From Desulfosoma sp. (GTDB lineage Bacteria > Desulfobacterota > Syntrophobacteria > Syntrophobacterales > DSM-9756): a stretch of DNA of 64,000 bases. The notes beneath the pieces are model-generated. The model saw only the letters and a program-made list of their open reading frames with translations. It was not told the DNA's origin and ran no database searches. The translations under genes were made by a program, and so were the position numbers. This document shows, piece by piece, positions 33,871 to 42,415 of the stretch. The stretch lies in NCBI GenBank assembly GCA_037481835.1, contig JBBFKW010000005.1:1-64000 (forward strand), given 5' to 3'. How positions within the stretch are numbered: position 1 is the stretch's first letter; every line of letters begins with the position of its first letter.

Positions 33871-34848
33871 ATGACGAGCAGATCCAAACGTATCAGCCTC
33901 AGCGAAGCGGCGGAAATCATCAAGGACGGGACGCTTTTAACCTTCTCCGGATTCACCATCTGGCGCCGTCCCTGCGCTCTGGTCTACGAACTCATTCGGC
34001 AGAAACGACGCCATCTTCATCTCATCGAAGTGAACAGCGGCCCCCATTCGGAATTCCTCATCGGTGCGGGCTGCGTGGACGTGTGGGAATCCTGCTGGAT
34101 CGGCCACGAACTTTACGGGAAGTATGGCGCCAACCTGGCGCGGCGAGTCCGCCAAAAAGAAATCATTTACGAAGACTACAGTCATGCCGAGATGGCGTTC
34201 CGGTTTCAGGCGGCTGCGGCCGGCATGCCCTTCATGGCCACCCAGACCTCTCTGGGAACCGATATCCACAATCCCGACTACGACATGCTGGGCCGAGCAG
34301 GACTGCGAAACGGCAAGAATCCCAAAATTCCCAGGAAAAAATATCACATCGTCGACGACCCCTTTTTCGGGGACGGCCGTCAGGTGTTGGTTCCCGCCGC
34401 CAAGGTGGACGTGGCCGTCCTGGCGGTGCAGCAGGTGGGCGACGAGGGGACGGTGCGCATTGCCGGCCAGTTTTTTACGGACCCTGAGGTCGCCCGGGCG
34501 GCGGACATCACCATCGTCATCGCCGAGGAGATCGTCCCCGAAGAGTATCTGCGCCACGAATCCCACCTGAACAAGATCCCCAGCTTCCAGGTGGACTACA
34601 TCGTGGAATGCCCGTGGTGCGCCCACCCCACGGGCATGTTCCGTTTCTACGACGTGGACGGCGAATTCCTGCGCAATTTCTACACCCAAACCCGAAGCCA
34701 GGAAGGGTTCAACGAATTCGCCAAGGAATGGATCTTCGGCCTGAATCATGACGGCTATCTCAACAAGCTGGGGGTGCCTCGGCTCGCTCGACTCAAGGCC
34801 AACACGGTATTGAACTACAGCACCCGCGTGGAACGGGGTCGCAAATAA
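33871..34848 (+). CDS. CoA-transferase subunit A (glutaconate CoA-transferase-like, family I)
   Basis: SGFTIWRRPCALVYELIRQ, EDYSH, PWCAHPTG; paired with subunit B. Confidence 0.85.
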   Translation: MTSRSKRISLSEAAEIIKDGTLLTFSGFTIWRRPCALVYELIRQKRRHLHLIEVNSGPHSEFLIGAGCVDVWESCWIGHELYGKYGANLARRVRQKEIIYEDYSHAEMAFRFQAAAAGMPFMATQTSLGTDIHNPDYDMLGRAGLRNGKNPKIPRKKYHIVDDPFFGDGRQVLVPAAKVDVAVLAVQQVGDEGTVRIAGQFFTDPEVARAADITIVIAEEIVPEEYLRHESHLNKIPSFQVDYIVECPWCAHPTGMFRFYDVDGEFLRNFYTQTRSQEGFNEFAKEWIFGLNHDGYLNKLGVPRLARLKANTVLNYSTRVERGRK

Positions 34849-34865
34849 GGAGAAGGGGATCGGCC

Positions 34866-35693
34866 ATGAAAGACATGAAACAACTCGCCCAGCCCGGAGA
34901 ATACACCCTGGGGGATCTCATGACCGTGGCGGCGGCCCGGGAAGTCCGTGACAACGAAGTGGTTTTCGCCGGCACCGGCATGCCCATGATCGCCATCATG
35001 CTGGCCCAAAGGACGCACGCGCCGCACCTCAAGCTCATTTTCGAAGCCGGCACATTGGACGGCCGCCCGAGAGAGTTGCCCACCTCGGTGGGGGATCCGC
35101 GCTGCGAAGTGGGGGCGTCGGTGGCTTCCGGCTTATACGAAGCCTTCAGCATCGCCCAGAGGGGTTACGTGGACCTGGGGTTTCTCGGGGGGGCGGAAGT
35201 GGATGAATACGGCAATGTGAATACCACCGCCATCGGCGATTACCTCAACCCCCTTCTTCGACTTACGGGAAGCGGAGGCAATCCCGATATCAATTCCTTC
35301 GCCAAGCGCACAGTCTACATCATGGTCCACGAAAAGCGGCGATTTCCCAAGAACGTCAGCTACATCACCAGCCCGGGGTGGCGCGTGAAAAACTGGCCCT
35401 CCGGAGAATGGGTCCACCGCCGGGAACTCTACGGAGCCGCCTTTCGCGGGGGGCCGAGCGCGGTCATCAGCACGGCGGGTGTTTTCCGCTTCGACGAAGA
35501 AACCGGCCGGATGTATCTGGACAGCTACCATCCGGGCATGAGCCCTGAAAGGATTCGGGAAATGTGCGAGTTCGATCTCGACATCTCCCGGGTGAGCGGG
35601 GAAACCGTACCCCCGACTTACGAAGAGATCCACCTGATCCATAATGTTTTGGATCCCGACGAGATCTTCCTCGCCAAGCCCCGTAAGGAATAA
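34866..35693 (+). CDS. CoA-transferase subunit B (glutaconate CoA-transferase-like)
   Basis: VFAGTGMP, LIFEAG (putative catalytic Glu), GGAEVDEYGNVN, GSGG, YITSPG. Confidence 0.87.
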   Translation: MKDMKQLAQPGEYTLGDLMTVAAAREVRDNEVVFAGTGMPMIAIMLAQRTHAPHLKLIFEAGTLDGRPRELPTSVGDPRCEVGASVASGLYEAFSIAQRGYVDLGFLGGAEVDEYGNVNTTAIGDYLNPLLRLTGSGGNPDINSFAKRTVYIMVHEKRRFPKNVSYITSPGWRVKNWPSGEWVHRRELYGAAFRGGPSAVISTAGVFRFDEETGRMYLDSYHPGMSPERIREMCEFDLDISRVSGETVPPTYEEIHLIHNVLDPDEIFLAKPRKE

Positions 35694-35718
35694 TCCCGGA
35701 AGACCTTCCGGGAGCTTT
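35694..35718 (+). terminator. Hairpin immediately after the CoA-transferase operon
   Basis: TCCCGGAAG-AC-CTTCCGGGA inverted repeat followed by GCTTT. Confidence 0.5.
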
Positions 35719-36094
35719 CCCGACTTTCCCGTCCCCCCCGGGGAGCGCCGGGATCCCGACCGGACCACGGCCGGCGCCGCCCCGCTCTCCGGGGCGCACC
35801 TTCCCTTTTCAAAAATCGGGTGTTGTCTCGATTCTTGACAACTCCGGGTTAGAAGAGCCGGTCGTAGAGGCCGGACGTTCGGGCCGTGGCCCGGGAGGCG
35901 GCCAGCCGAAGGATCCGCTCCGATCCCTATATCTCCACGGACCCTTTCGCCCTTGTGACGGCCGTTCTAAGGGATCTTATCATCGGGCGGGTCCGGTCCC
36001 AGAACGGACATCAGGTCCGTTTCGGTTTACACGGCCTCTGACAGGCGCCCGGTGCCGCTTTGGGCATCGAAACAGTAGCTCTTTTGCAAAAACA

Positions 36095-36370
36095 CCGTGC
36101 AGGGGATTGTCGGGGTGGTGGCGGGGGAAGGCACGGCCTTCGCGGATGCCGATGAGCCGGTGGAGCGTCACCGCGGCCCTATGGAGTTCTTTTCCCGGCG
36201 GATCCCCGAAGAGGGGGCCTTTCGGCGTCTTGCGCAAGATCCACGCACACGTCGCCCTCCGGCACGCAGAGGCTCACCAGCGCCGCGGCCAGTAGCCCGA
36301 CCTCGCTTCGGTCTCACGATATCCGTCAAGAACGAGAAAAAGGGCGATCGAAACATCCTCATCACGCGAA
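36095..36370 (-). pseudogene. recD: recD (exonuclease V alpha) remnant, frameshifted and internally deleted
   Basis: One frame reads LLAAALVSLCVPEGDVCVDLA (RecD N-terminal AAALxS...GxVCxDL pattern). An adjacent frame reads AVTLHRLIGIREGRAFPRHHPDNPL (RecD TLHRLLG...HHxxNPL pattern). Recognised by eye only. Confidence 0.6.
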
Positions 36371-36399
36371 CGCAGGCCGGAACGTTTGGCTCCACATTC

Positions 36400-36695
36400 C
36401 GGGACCATCCAGACCCTCATGGTGATCACCTCAAGGATTGAGGGTCCCAAAGGCGCTGAATTTAAGTTCAAAAATGCCATCATGACTCTGGCAGCGGAAG
36501 CCGCCGTCCTCGTTCCTGAAGATCCCAACAAGGCGGTCGAGATATTTACAGAGATCCTTTATGCCATCTCTCGCGTAAAATACTACCGGTCCAAATCCGC
36601 CAGATCGCCTCAGTCCCGCGTCATTAAAAGGCCCCCCAACAAATGGTGCTTAGCAAAGAGGGAAAAGCTTAAAAATGCTTAAGTCAACAGCATTG
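36400..36695 (+). mobile_element. IS4-family transposase C-terminal fragment with right terminal inverted repeat
   Basis: Basic C-terminus (ISRVKYYRSKSARSPQSRVIKRPPNKW) ends in a TAA inside CTTAAGTCAACAGCATTG (36678-36695). Its reverse complement CAATGCTGTTGACTTAAG resembles IS4 ends (TAATGCCGATCAGTTAAG); no left end or DDE core seen. Confidence 0.7.
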
Positions 36696-36866
36696 GGGGC
36701 TTACCCCGGCCCGCTGCATGCCGGATCCTCTCCGTTCCTCGTCGCACCTGGGCATCAGGGGTCCACTGGGAGCGCTGGCATCCGAGGCCCGCGTCCCATC
36801 GGGCAACAACTCGAACGGCTCTCCGGCGCATTGGTCCGCCCCCATTGAAGCGGCGATTACGCCCGG

Positions 36867-37127
36867 CTATTCATAATGAGTCCACATTCTGATGACTTTG
36901 ACCACTTTTTGCTCATCCAGGACCTGATAGACCAGCCGGTGCTGTATGTTTATTCGCCGGGGAAGAGCACCGGCCAAATCGCCCAAGAGTTTTTCATAGG
37001 GGGGCGGCGTTTGGTAAGGGTTCTCGCGAAGGATCTCAATCAATTTCTCGGCTTTCGGGCGAAGGCCTGCAGCGGATAACTTTTTGGCGTCCTTTTGAGC
37101 TTGTTTCGTAAAGACCACGTTCCACAT
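36867..37127 (-). CDS. yoeB: Txe/YoeB family toxin
   Basis: PPPYEKLLGDLAG..RRINIQHRLVYQV...IRMWTHYE; TAATG coupling to the antitoxin. Confidence 0.93.
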   Translation of the reverse strand: MWNVVFTKQAQKDAKKLSAAGLRPKAEKLIEILRENPYQTPPPYEKLLGDLAGALPRRINIQHRLVYQVLDEQKVVKVIRMWTHYE

Positions 37128-37369
37128 TACCATTCAAGCTCCCGGTCACACTCCTCAATCGGGGTGGCCAATCCCTCCCGAATGGATTCCCTCATGCCCG
37201 GGATGCTAAGTAGGTACATGGTTTCCTGGATGGCGCGCCAGTCCTCCTCCGCCACAAGCACCGCGCTGGCACGCTTACCCTTTATGACAACCGGTTCGTG
37301 GGAAGACGCAATTTCATCTATGAGCCGATACAGTTTGGATCGTGCTTCACTGACCGTGAGAGTCGTCAT
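37127..37369 (-). CDS. yefM: Phd/YefM family antitoxin
   Basis: MTTLTVSEARSKLYRLID...AVLVAEEDWRAIQETMYLLSIPGM; SD GGAGG. Confidence 0.93.
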   Translation of the reverse strand: MTTLTVSEARSKLYRLIDEIASSHEPVVIKGKRASAVLVAEEDWRAIQETMYLLSIPGMRESIREGLATPIEECDRELEW

Positions 37370-37408
37370 GATTTGCCTCCAATGCCATCGATGCATCATC
37401 TTACTCAG

Positions 37409-37437
37409 CTGGTACGCAATGGCGTACGTCTTGTCAA
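37409..37437 (-). promoter_or_regulatory. TA promoter with palindromic operator
   Basis: TTGACA (37437-37432) followed by the inverted repeat GTACGC-AATG-GCGTAC (37412-37427), similar to GTAC-core YefM operators. Confidence 0.6.
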
Positions 37438-37513
37438 CTCGTTTTGATCGCGCAATGATCGTCCCGAATGGACCGATTCTCTTACTGTATCTTCTTATCT
37501 TCGCGCGATCCGC

Positions 37514-37584
37514 GGGCGGGGATAAACCCCGCCCCTACCCAACAGGTCCATCTGCCTTCGATGGGGCGGGCTTTACGGCCACCC
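37514..37584. repeat. Inverted pair of GTAG-type REP-like palindromes
   Basis: 37514-37538 reverse complement is GTAGGGGCGGGGTTTATCCCCGCCC; degenerate opposite copy GATGGGGCGGGCTTTACGGCCACCC at 37560-37584. Confidence 0.65.
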
Positions 37585-37682
37585 GGCATGACCGCAGGTC
37601 TCCACTTCCGTCTTCACGAACATTCAACTTTACCAGCCCTTTATATGAAACGCGACCTTGCTCCATTCGTGCGCGCGGCCTG

Positions 37683-37850
37683 ATAGGGGTAGGAAGGGCT
37701 CGTTGCCGAGTCCCTCCCCTCCGAACCGTACGTGCGGAATTCCCGCATACGGCTCTCCGGTTGGTGGTTTTACCCCGTTAAGGAAAGACGGAATCGTCCC
37801 TGGGCTTGCGCCCGAACGCTCACTTTCGTATTCAGCCGAGCCGCTTTTTC
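37683..37850 (-). mobile_element. Group II intron 3' fragment (domains V-VI), no RT ORF
   Basis: Minus strand GAGCCGTATGCGGGAATTCCGCACGTACGGTTC (DV with AGC triad, 37755-37723) followed by DVI ending CTTCCTACCCCTAT; upstream boundary approximate. Confidence 0.88.
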
Positions 37851-37851
37851 C

Positions 37852-37920
37852 TGTAGGGTGGCGGAAGGGGTCCTTCGGCCCGGGCAGGTCGGCGGGGACG
37901 ACTCAGGACCCGCCCCTGCA
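37852..37920. repeat. Degenerate REP-like pair
   Basis: TGTAGGGTGGC... on plus strand and TGCAGGGGCGGGTCCTG on minus strand facing each other. Confidence 0.35.
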
Positions 37921-37995
37921 GTCCCCCAGCTTCCGAAGGACATGTCGTACCGCCCTTGTCTCGGACTTCCGCAACCGAAGAGAAGGAGATGGCCC

Positions 37996-39153
37996 ATGGG
38001 AAACTACCCGACGCTTTTTTCGCCCTTTCGCCTGAACGGCCTCGAGCTTTCCAACCGGATCACCATGGCGCCGTTCTATGCCGGCTACGCCCACGGAGAC
38101 GGCACAGTGAGCCCGCTTCTGCTGGATCACTACCGGGAGATGGCCCGGTCCGGGGCCGCCATGATCGTGGTGGAAAACATCGGGGTCCATGAAACGGGGC
38201 TGGGAAGCCCGTTCATGCTGCGGGCCGACCACGACCGATACCTGCCGGGCCTGGAGCGGCTGGCTCGGACCATCCAAGACGAAGGGGCCGTGGCCGCGGC
38301 CCAGATCAACCACGCGGGCCGATTCGCCTACACGCCGGAGCGCCTGGCGCCGTCCCCGTTCCAGACGGGCGAGGTGGTGCCCAAGGAGATGGACAAGGGG
38401 GATCTGGAAACCGTCCGCCGAGCCTACGCCGATGCGGCGCGAAGGATCCGGGACGCCGGATTCGACCTGGTGGAGATCCACGGCGGGACGGGATACCTGC
38501 TGGTGCAGTTTCTTTCGGCCCGAACCAACCGGCGCCGGGACGCGTACGGAGGATCCCTGGAAAACCGCATGCGCTTTCCCCTGGAGGTGGTGGAAGCGGT
38601 CCGAGAGGCCGTTGGGCCGGGATACCCGGTGGGCTACCGGTTCCTGGCCGACGAATGCCTTCCCGATGGGCTCGGAGTGGAGGAAACGGCCGTTTACGCC
38701 GTAGAACTGGAAAAGCGGCGGGTGGCCTACCTTTCCGTGATGGCCGGAACCTACGACTCCTTCTTCCTGCCGGACTATCTCGCCAGGGAAAAGCAGCAGG
38801 GGTACATGGCGGATTTCGCCGCCCGGATCAAGAAGGCCGCGACCGGAACGCCCGTCATCGCCGCCGGGCGGATCCAGGATCCGGAAACGGCCGAGGCCAT
38901 CCTTACCCAAGGCAAGGCGGATCTCATCGGCCTGGCGCGGGTGCTCTTCGCCGATCCGCTCTGGCCGCGGAAAGCCAGAGGAGAGTCGGCCGAACCCATC
39001 GTGCGCTGCGAACCCGCCTGCTCCCTATGCATGAAGCGGGTCATGAAGGGAAAGCCCGCCTTCTGCTCCCAATGGCCCAAGGAAAGGCGCGAGGCGTTCC
39101 TCGCCCGCTGCAACGAATCCCCGGCCGAAGCCCAAAAGGACCTTGTCGAATAA
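37996..39153 (+). CDS. NADH:flavin oxidoreductase (Old Yellow Enzyme family) with C-terminal Cys cluster
   Basis: NRITMAP, QINHAGR, AGFDLVEIHGGTGYL, NRRRDAYGGSLENR, C-terminal CEPACSLC...C. Confidence 0.9.
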   Translation: MGNYPTLFSPFRLNGLELSNRITMAPFYAGYAHGDGTVSPLLLDHYREMARSGAAMIVVENIGVHETGLGSPFMLRADHDRYLPGLERLARTIQDEGAVAAAQINHAGRFAYTPERLAPSPFQTGEVVPKEMDKGDLETVRRAYADAARRIRDAGFDLVEIHGGTGYLLVQFLSARTNRRRDAYGGSLENRMRFPLEVVEAVREAVGPGYPVGYRFLADECLPDGLGVEETAVYAVELEKRRVAYLSVMAGTYDSFFLPDYLAREKQQGYMADFAARIKKAATGTPVIAAGRIQDPETAEAILTQGKADLIGLARVLFADPLWPRKARGESAEPIVRCEPACSLCMKRVMKGKPAFCSQWPKERREAFLARCNESPAEAQKDLVE

Positions 39154-39174
39154 CCCGGGCAAAGGAGGAACGGC

Positions 39175-40071
39175 ATGGACGAAGCCTTCTACAAGAGCCT
39201 TTTGGACAGTATGGCCGACGGCGTTTATTTCGTGGACACGGACCGGAGGATCACCTTCTGGAACAAGGCGGCGGAGCGCATCACCGGCTACACGGCCCGG
39301 GAGGTGCTGGGAAGGTCCTGCGCCGACAACGTCCTGAGGCACGTGGACGAGTCGGGACGGGAGCTCTGCGTGGCGGGGTGCCCGCTGGCGGCCGTGGTTC
39401 AGGACGGCCGAATGCGCGAGGCCCGGGTGTACCTACACCACAAGCTGGGCCATCGGACGCCGGTGGACGTCCGGGCCACGGCCATGAGAGACGCCGCCGG
39501 GAAGATCATGGGCGCGGTGGAGATTTTCCATGCCGCATCAGAAAGGCTCAACATCCTGGAAGAGATCGAAAAGCTCCGAAAGGAAGTGCTCACAGACCCC
39601 CTCACCGGCGTGGGCAACCGCCGCTACGCCGAGATGCGCCTTGAAGAATGCGAAAAGGACGAGAGGCAATACGGCGTTCCCTACGGTGTCCTTTTCGTGG
39701 ACATCGACCACTTCAAGGCGGTAAACGACACGTGGGGGCACGGGGTGGGCGACAAGGTGCTGCGGATGGTGGCGGGAGTGCTCAATGGAGCCGTCCGAAG
39801 CCTGGACTCCGCCTGCCGGTGGGGCGGCGAAGAGTTCGTGGTCCTGTGCCGGAACATCTCCGAAGAGGGCTTGCGCGCTCTGGGGGAACGCCTGCGGATG
39901 CTCATCGAAAAGAGCTGGATGGATCACCAGGGAGCGCGCATCGCGGTGACCGCCTCCATCGGAGGCGCCATGTCCAAGCCGGGAGAAACCGCCGCCGAGG
40001 TGGTGGACCGAGCCGACGGGCAGCTCTACCGAAGCAAGGCCGAGGGGCGAAACCGGCTGAGCCTGGGATAG
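39175..40071 (+). CDS. PAS-domain diguanylate cyclase
   Basis: PAS (WNKAAERITGY), DPLTGVGNRR, DIDHFKAVND, RWGGEEF. Confidence 0.93.
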   Translation: MDEAFYKSLLDSMADGVYFVDTDRRITFWNKAAERITGYTAREVLGRSCADNVLRHVDESGRELCVAGCPLAAVVQDGRMREARVYLHHKLGHRTPVDVRATAMRDAAGKIMGAVEIFHAASERLNILEEIEKLRKEVLTDPLTGVGNRRYAEMRLEECEKDERQYGVPYGVLFVDIDHFKAVNDTWGHGVGDKVLRMVAGVLNGAVRSLDSACRWGGEEFVVLCRNISEEGLRALGERLRMLIEKSWMDHQGARIAVTASIGGAMSKPGETAAEVVDRADGQLYRSKAEGRNRLSLG

Positions 40072-40098
40072 TGATGAGTGATGGGTGACGGGTCATGG
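40071..40098 (+). repeat. Heptamer tandem repeat, 4 imperfect copies
   Basis: GTGATGA GTGATGG GTGACGG GTCATGG directly after the DGC stop. Confidence 0.65.
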
Positions 40099-40251
40099 GC
40101 GCTTCGAACGTGGGCCTCCAGCCAGGCCCGATCGCCCTCCGTCCTGAAATGCCCCATAAGGCGCACCAGAGGCCCCTGCGGCATCAGCTCTTCTTCCATG
40201 TCCTCGAGCATGCGGACGAACTCGGCCGGAACCTGAGGAAGGAGCATACTC

Positions 40252-41157
40252 ATGAAAATCGCCTACTTAATCGTAGCGTACAACAACGTGCGCCACTTTC
40301 CCCGCCTTATCCGGGCCCTCAACACGCCCCGGTGCGGCTTTTTCGTCCACATCGACAAGAAATACGACATCACCCCGTACACGGCGGTGCGCGGGGACAA
40401 CATCGTCTTTTCCCGAAAGCGGGTTCCCGTTTATTGGGGAGATTTCAGCACCGTGGAGGCAATCCTCATCGTGCTTCGCGAAGCCATGGAATCCGCAGAG
40501 GGCTTCCAACGGTTCGTCCTGCTGAGCGGCTCCGATTATCCCGTGCGTTCGGCCGAGTCCATAGAAAGATTCTTCGAAACCCATGGGGACACCGAATACA
40601 TGAACCTGGTGCCCATGCCGTCCAAAACCCTGGGAAAGCCGCTCAGCCGTCTGAGCTATTACCGACCCGGCCCCCTAACCCCCCCATGGCTGCTCTTTGC
40701 GGCCAAGGCTCTCATGAAACTCCATCTGTGGCCTCATCGGAACTACCGGAAAGTGCTCGGAAACATGAAACCTTATGGGGGGTCCATGTTTTGGGCGCTG
40801 ACGCGGGAAGCCGCCCAGTATCTGTTGGACTTTGTGGATCGAAGGCCGGATTTTCTCCGGTTTTACAGGAACACGTATTGCCCGGACGAGATGATGCTGC
40901 AAACCATCTTGGCCAATTCGCCGTTTGCTCCAAAAATCCGGCGAAACCTCACCTATGCCGATTGGAGCGCCCGGGGCCGAAGCCCGGAATGGATCAACCG
41001 GAAACATCTCGAATTCTTCAAGACGTCGATCTGGTTTCCTCCGGATGATCCCTACGGCCCCGGAGACATGCTCTTCGCCCGCAAGTTTTCCGAAGACGCC
41101 GATGACCTGGTCGAAGAGCTCAACCGGATCATCGCCGAACGGGAAGCGGGAGGATAA
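40252..41157 (+). CDS. Beta-1,6-N-acetylglucosaminyltransferase (Core-2/I-branching, GT14-like)
   Basis: MKIAYLI, FVHIDKK, VYWGDFS, LLSGSDYP, GSMFWALT, PDE...QTIL, LFARKF. Confidence 0.85.
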   Translation: MKIAYLIVAYNNVRHFPRLIRALNTPRCGFFVHIDKKYDITPYTAVRGDNIVFSRKRVPVYWGDFSTVEAILIVLREAMESAEGFQRFVLLSGSDYPVRSAESIERFFETHGDTEYMNLVPMPSKTLGKPLSRLSYYRPGPLTPPWLLFAAKALMKLHLWPHRNYRKVLGNMKPYGGSMFWALTREAAQYLLDFVDRRPDFLRFYRNTYCPDEMMLQTILANSPFAPKIRRNLTYADWSARGRSPEWINRKHLEFFKTSIWFPPDDPYGPGDMLFARKFSEDADDLVEELNRIIAEREAGG

Positions 41158-41160
41158 GGA

Positions 41161-41655
41161 TTATTCCACCTTCAAGAAATTCTGCTTTTTGGCGCCGCAG
41201 ACGGGACAGCGTTCGGGCGGCTCATCGGCGATGGTGTACCCGCAAATACGGCAGATAAACCAATCCTTGACCGGAAAGTTTTCGGGATCCTTCAAGGCCT
41301 CTTCGTAAAGGCCCGCATGGATCTTTTCCACTTCGTTGGCGTAGGTGAAGCTGATCTCGGCCTGCCGATGCCCCTCCGCCTTGGCGTCTTCGATCATCTG
41401 CGGATACATGCTTTTGAATTCGTGGGTTTCTCCGGCAATGGCTTCCTGGAGGTTTTCCCGGGTGCTGCGGATGCCTTTGAGAACCCTAAGGTGCTTGTGG
41501 GCATGAATGGTTTCGGCCGCCGCCGCCGCTTCAAAGAGCTTGGCCACCCCGGGATAGCCTTCCTCCCGGGCTTTTTCGGCAAAAGCCAGGTACTTGCGGT
41601 TGGCTTGGGACTCACCGGCGAAGGCTTCCTTGAGATGCTTTTCCGTCTTGGACAT
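41161..41655 (-). CDS. rbr: Rubrerythrin
   Basis: AFAGESQANRKY, AETIHA, EKIH, C-terminal CRICGY...CPVC. Confidence 0.93.
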   Translation of the reverse strand: MSKTEKHLKEAFAGESQANRKYLAFAEKAREEGYPGVAKLFEAAAAAETIHAHKHLRVLKGIRSTRENLQEAIAGETHEFKSMYPQMIEDAKAEGHRQAEISFTYANEVEKIHAGLYEEALKDPENFPVKDWFICRICGYTIADEPPERCPVCGAKKQNFLKVE

Positions 41656-41986
41656 CGTGCCCTCCTCCATCAAGGTTTCCACGCTTTACCATGCACCATG
41701 CAGACTCTGTTTGAGGGAAATCCCATGAAACACCTTAAACCCTAAGAACCACGGCGGGCTCTGTCAATGCACGTCGAGCTTTCTTGACACAACCCCGTAG
41801 ATCTGGAAGGATGAGCGCGGCTCTCGTTCCAGCGCCCATGCGCCGCCGATCCGGATCATCGATATCATCCCACGCTCACGGTTTTTCTTTTCCGTCGGTT
41901 ACGGACATCACGGCAGGATGGCGCAGCGTTGCCCCAAAAAACGCTGCTTGGGACACACCTGACATGTTTCATAGGAGGATGGGGTC

Positions 41987-42397
41987 ATGAGCACCGAGCT
42001 GACCGTCGGCATGAAAAGGGAACTGACGTTGAAAACCCGCCCCGAACATTCCGCCAAGCGCTTCTTCCACAACTTACCGGACGTTTTCGCCACCCCCTTT
42101 CTCGGGGGACTGATGGAACAGGTCTGCGCTGAACTGATCGACGAACACTTGGAGCCGGGCATGCAGTCCGTGGGCATGGCCATGAACCTTAAACATCTCG
42201 CCCCCACCCCTTTGGGCATGGAAGTCAAGGTCGTCGCCGAAGTGACGGCCGTGGAAGGTCGAAAACTGACCTTCGCCTTGGAAGCTTACGATGAAGTGGA
42301 AAAGATCGGGGAAGCCACCCACGAGCGGTTCATCATCAAAGCGGATAAGTTCAACACCCGGGTTTTGGAAAAAGCGCAGAAAATCTCCCCTTCATAA
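41987..42397 (+). CDS. Fluoroacetyl-CoA thioesterase (FlK)-like hotdog thioesterase
   Basis: VFATP..GLME, HLAPTPLG, IGEATHER. Confidence 0.85.
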   Translation: MSTELTVGMKRELTLKTRPEHSAKRFFHNLPDVFATPFLGGLMEQVCAELIDEHLEPGMQSVGMAMNLKHLAPTPLGMEVKVVAEVTAVEGRKLTFALEAYDEVEKIGEATHERFIIKADKFNTRVLEKAQKISPS

Positions 42398-42415
42398 CAG
42401 AGGACGGAGGGCGCC

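Noticed and set aside
35810..35845. GTTGTC...GACAAC inverted repeat as an IS end
   Set aside because: Too short, no partner end and no adjacent transposase sequence
36696..37500. TA module as an integron cassette
   Set aside because: No RYYYAAC...GTTRRRY attC structure found after yoeB, and no integrase
41919..41932. Sigma54-like TGGCGCAGCGTTGC upstream of the thioesterase
   Set aside because: GG-to-GC spacing is 9 nt, not the required 10
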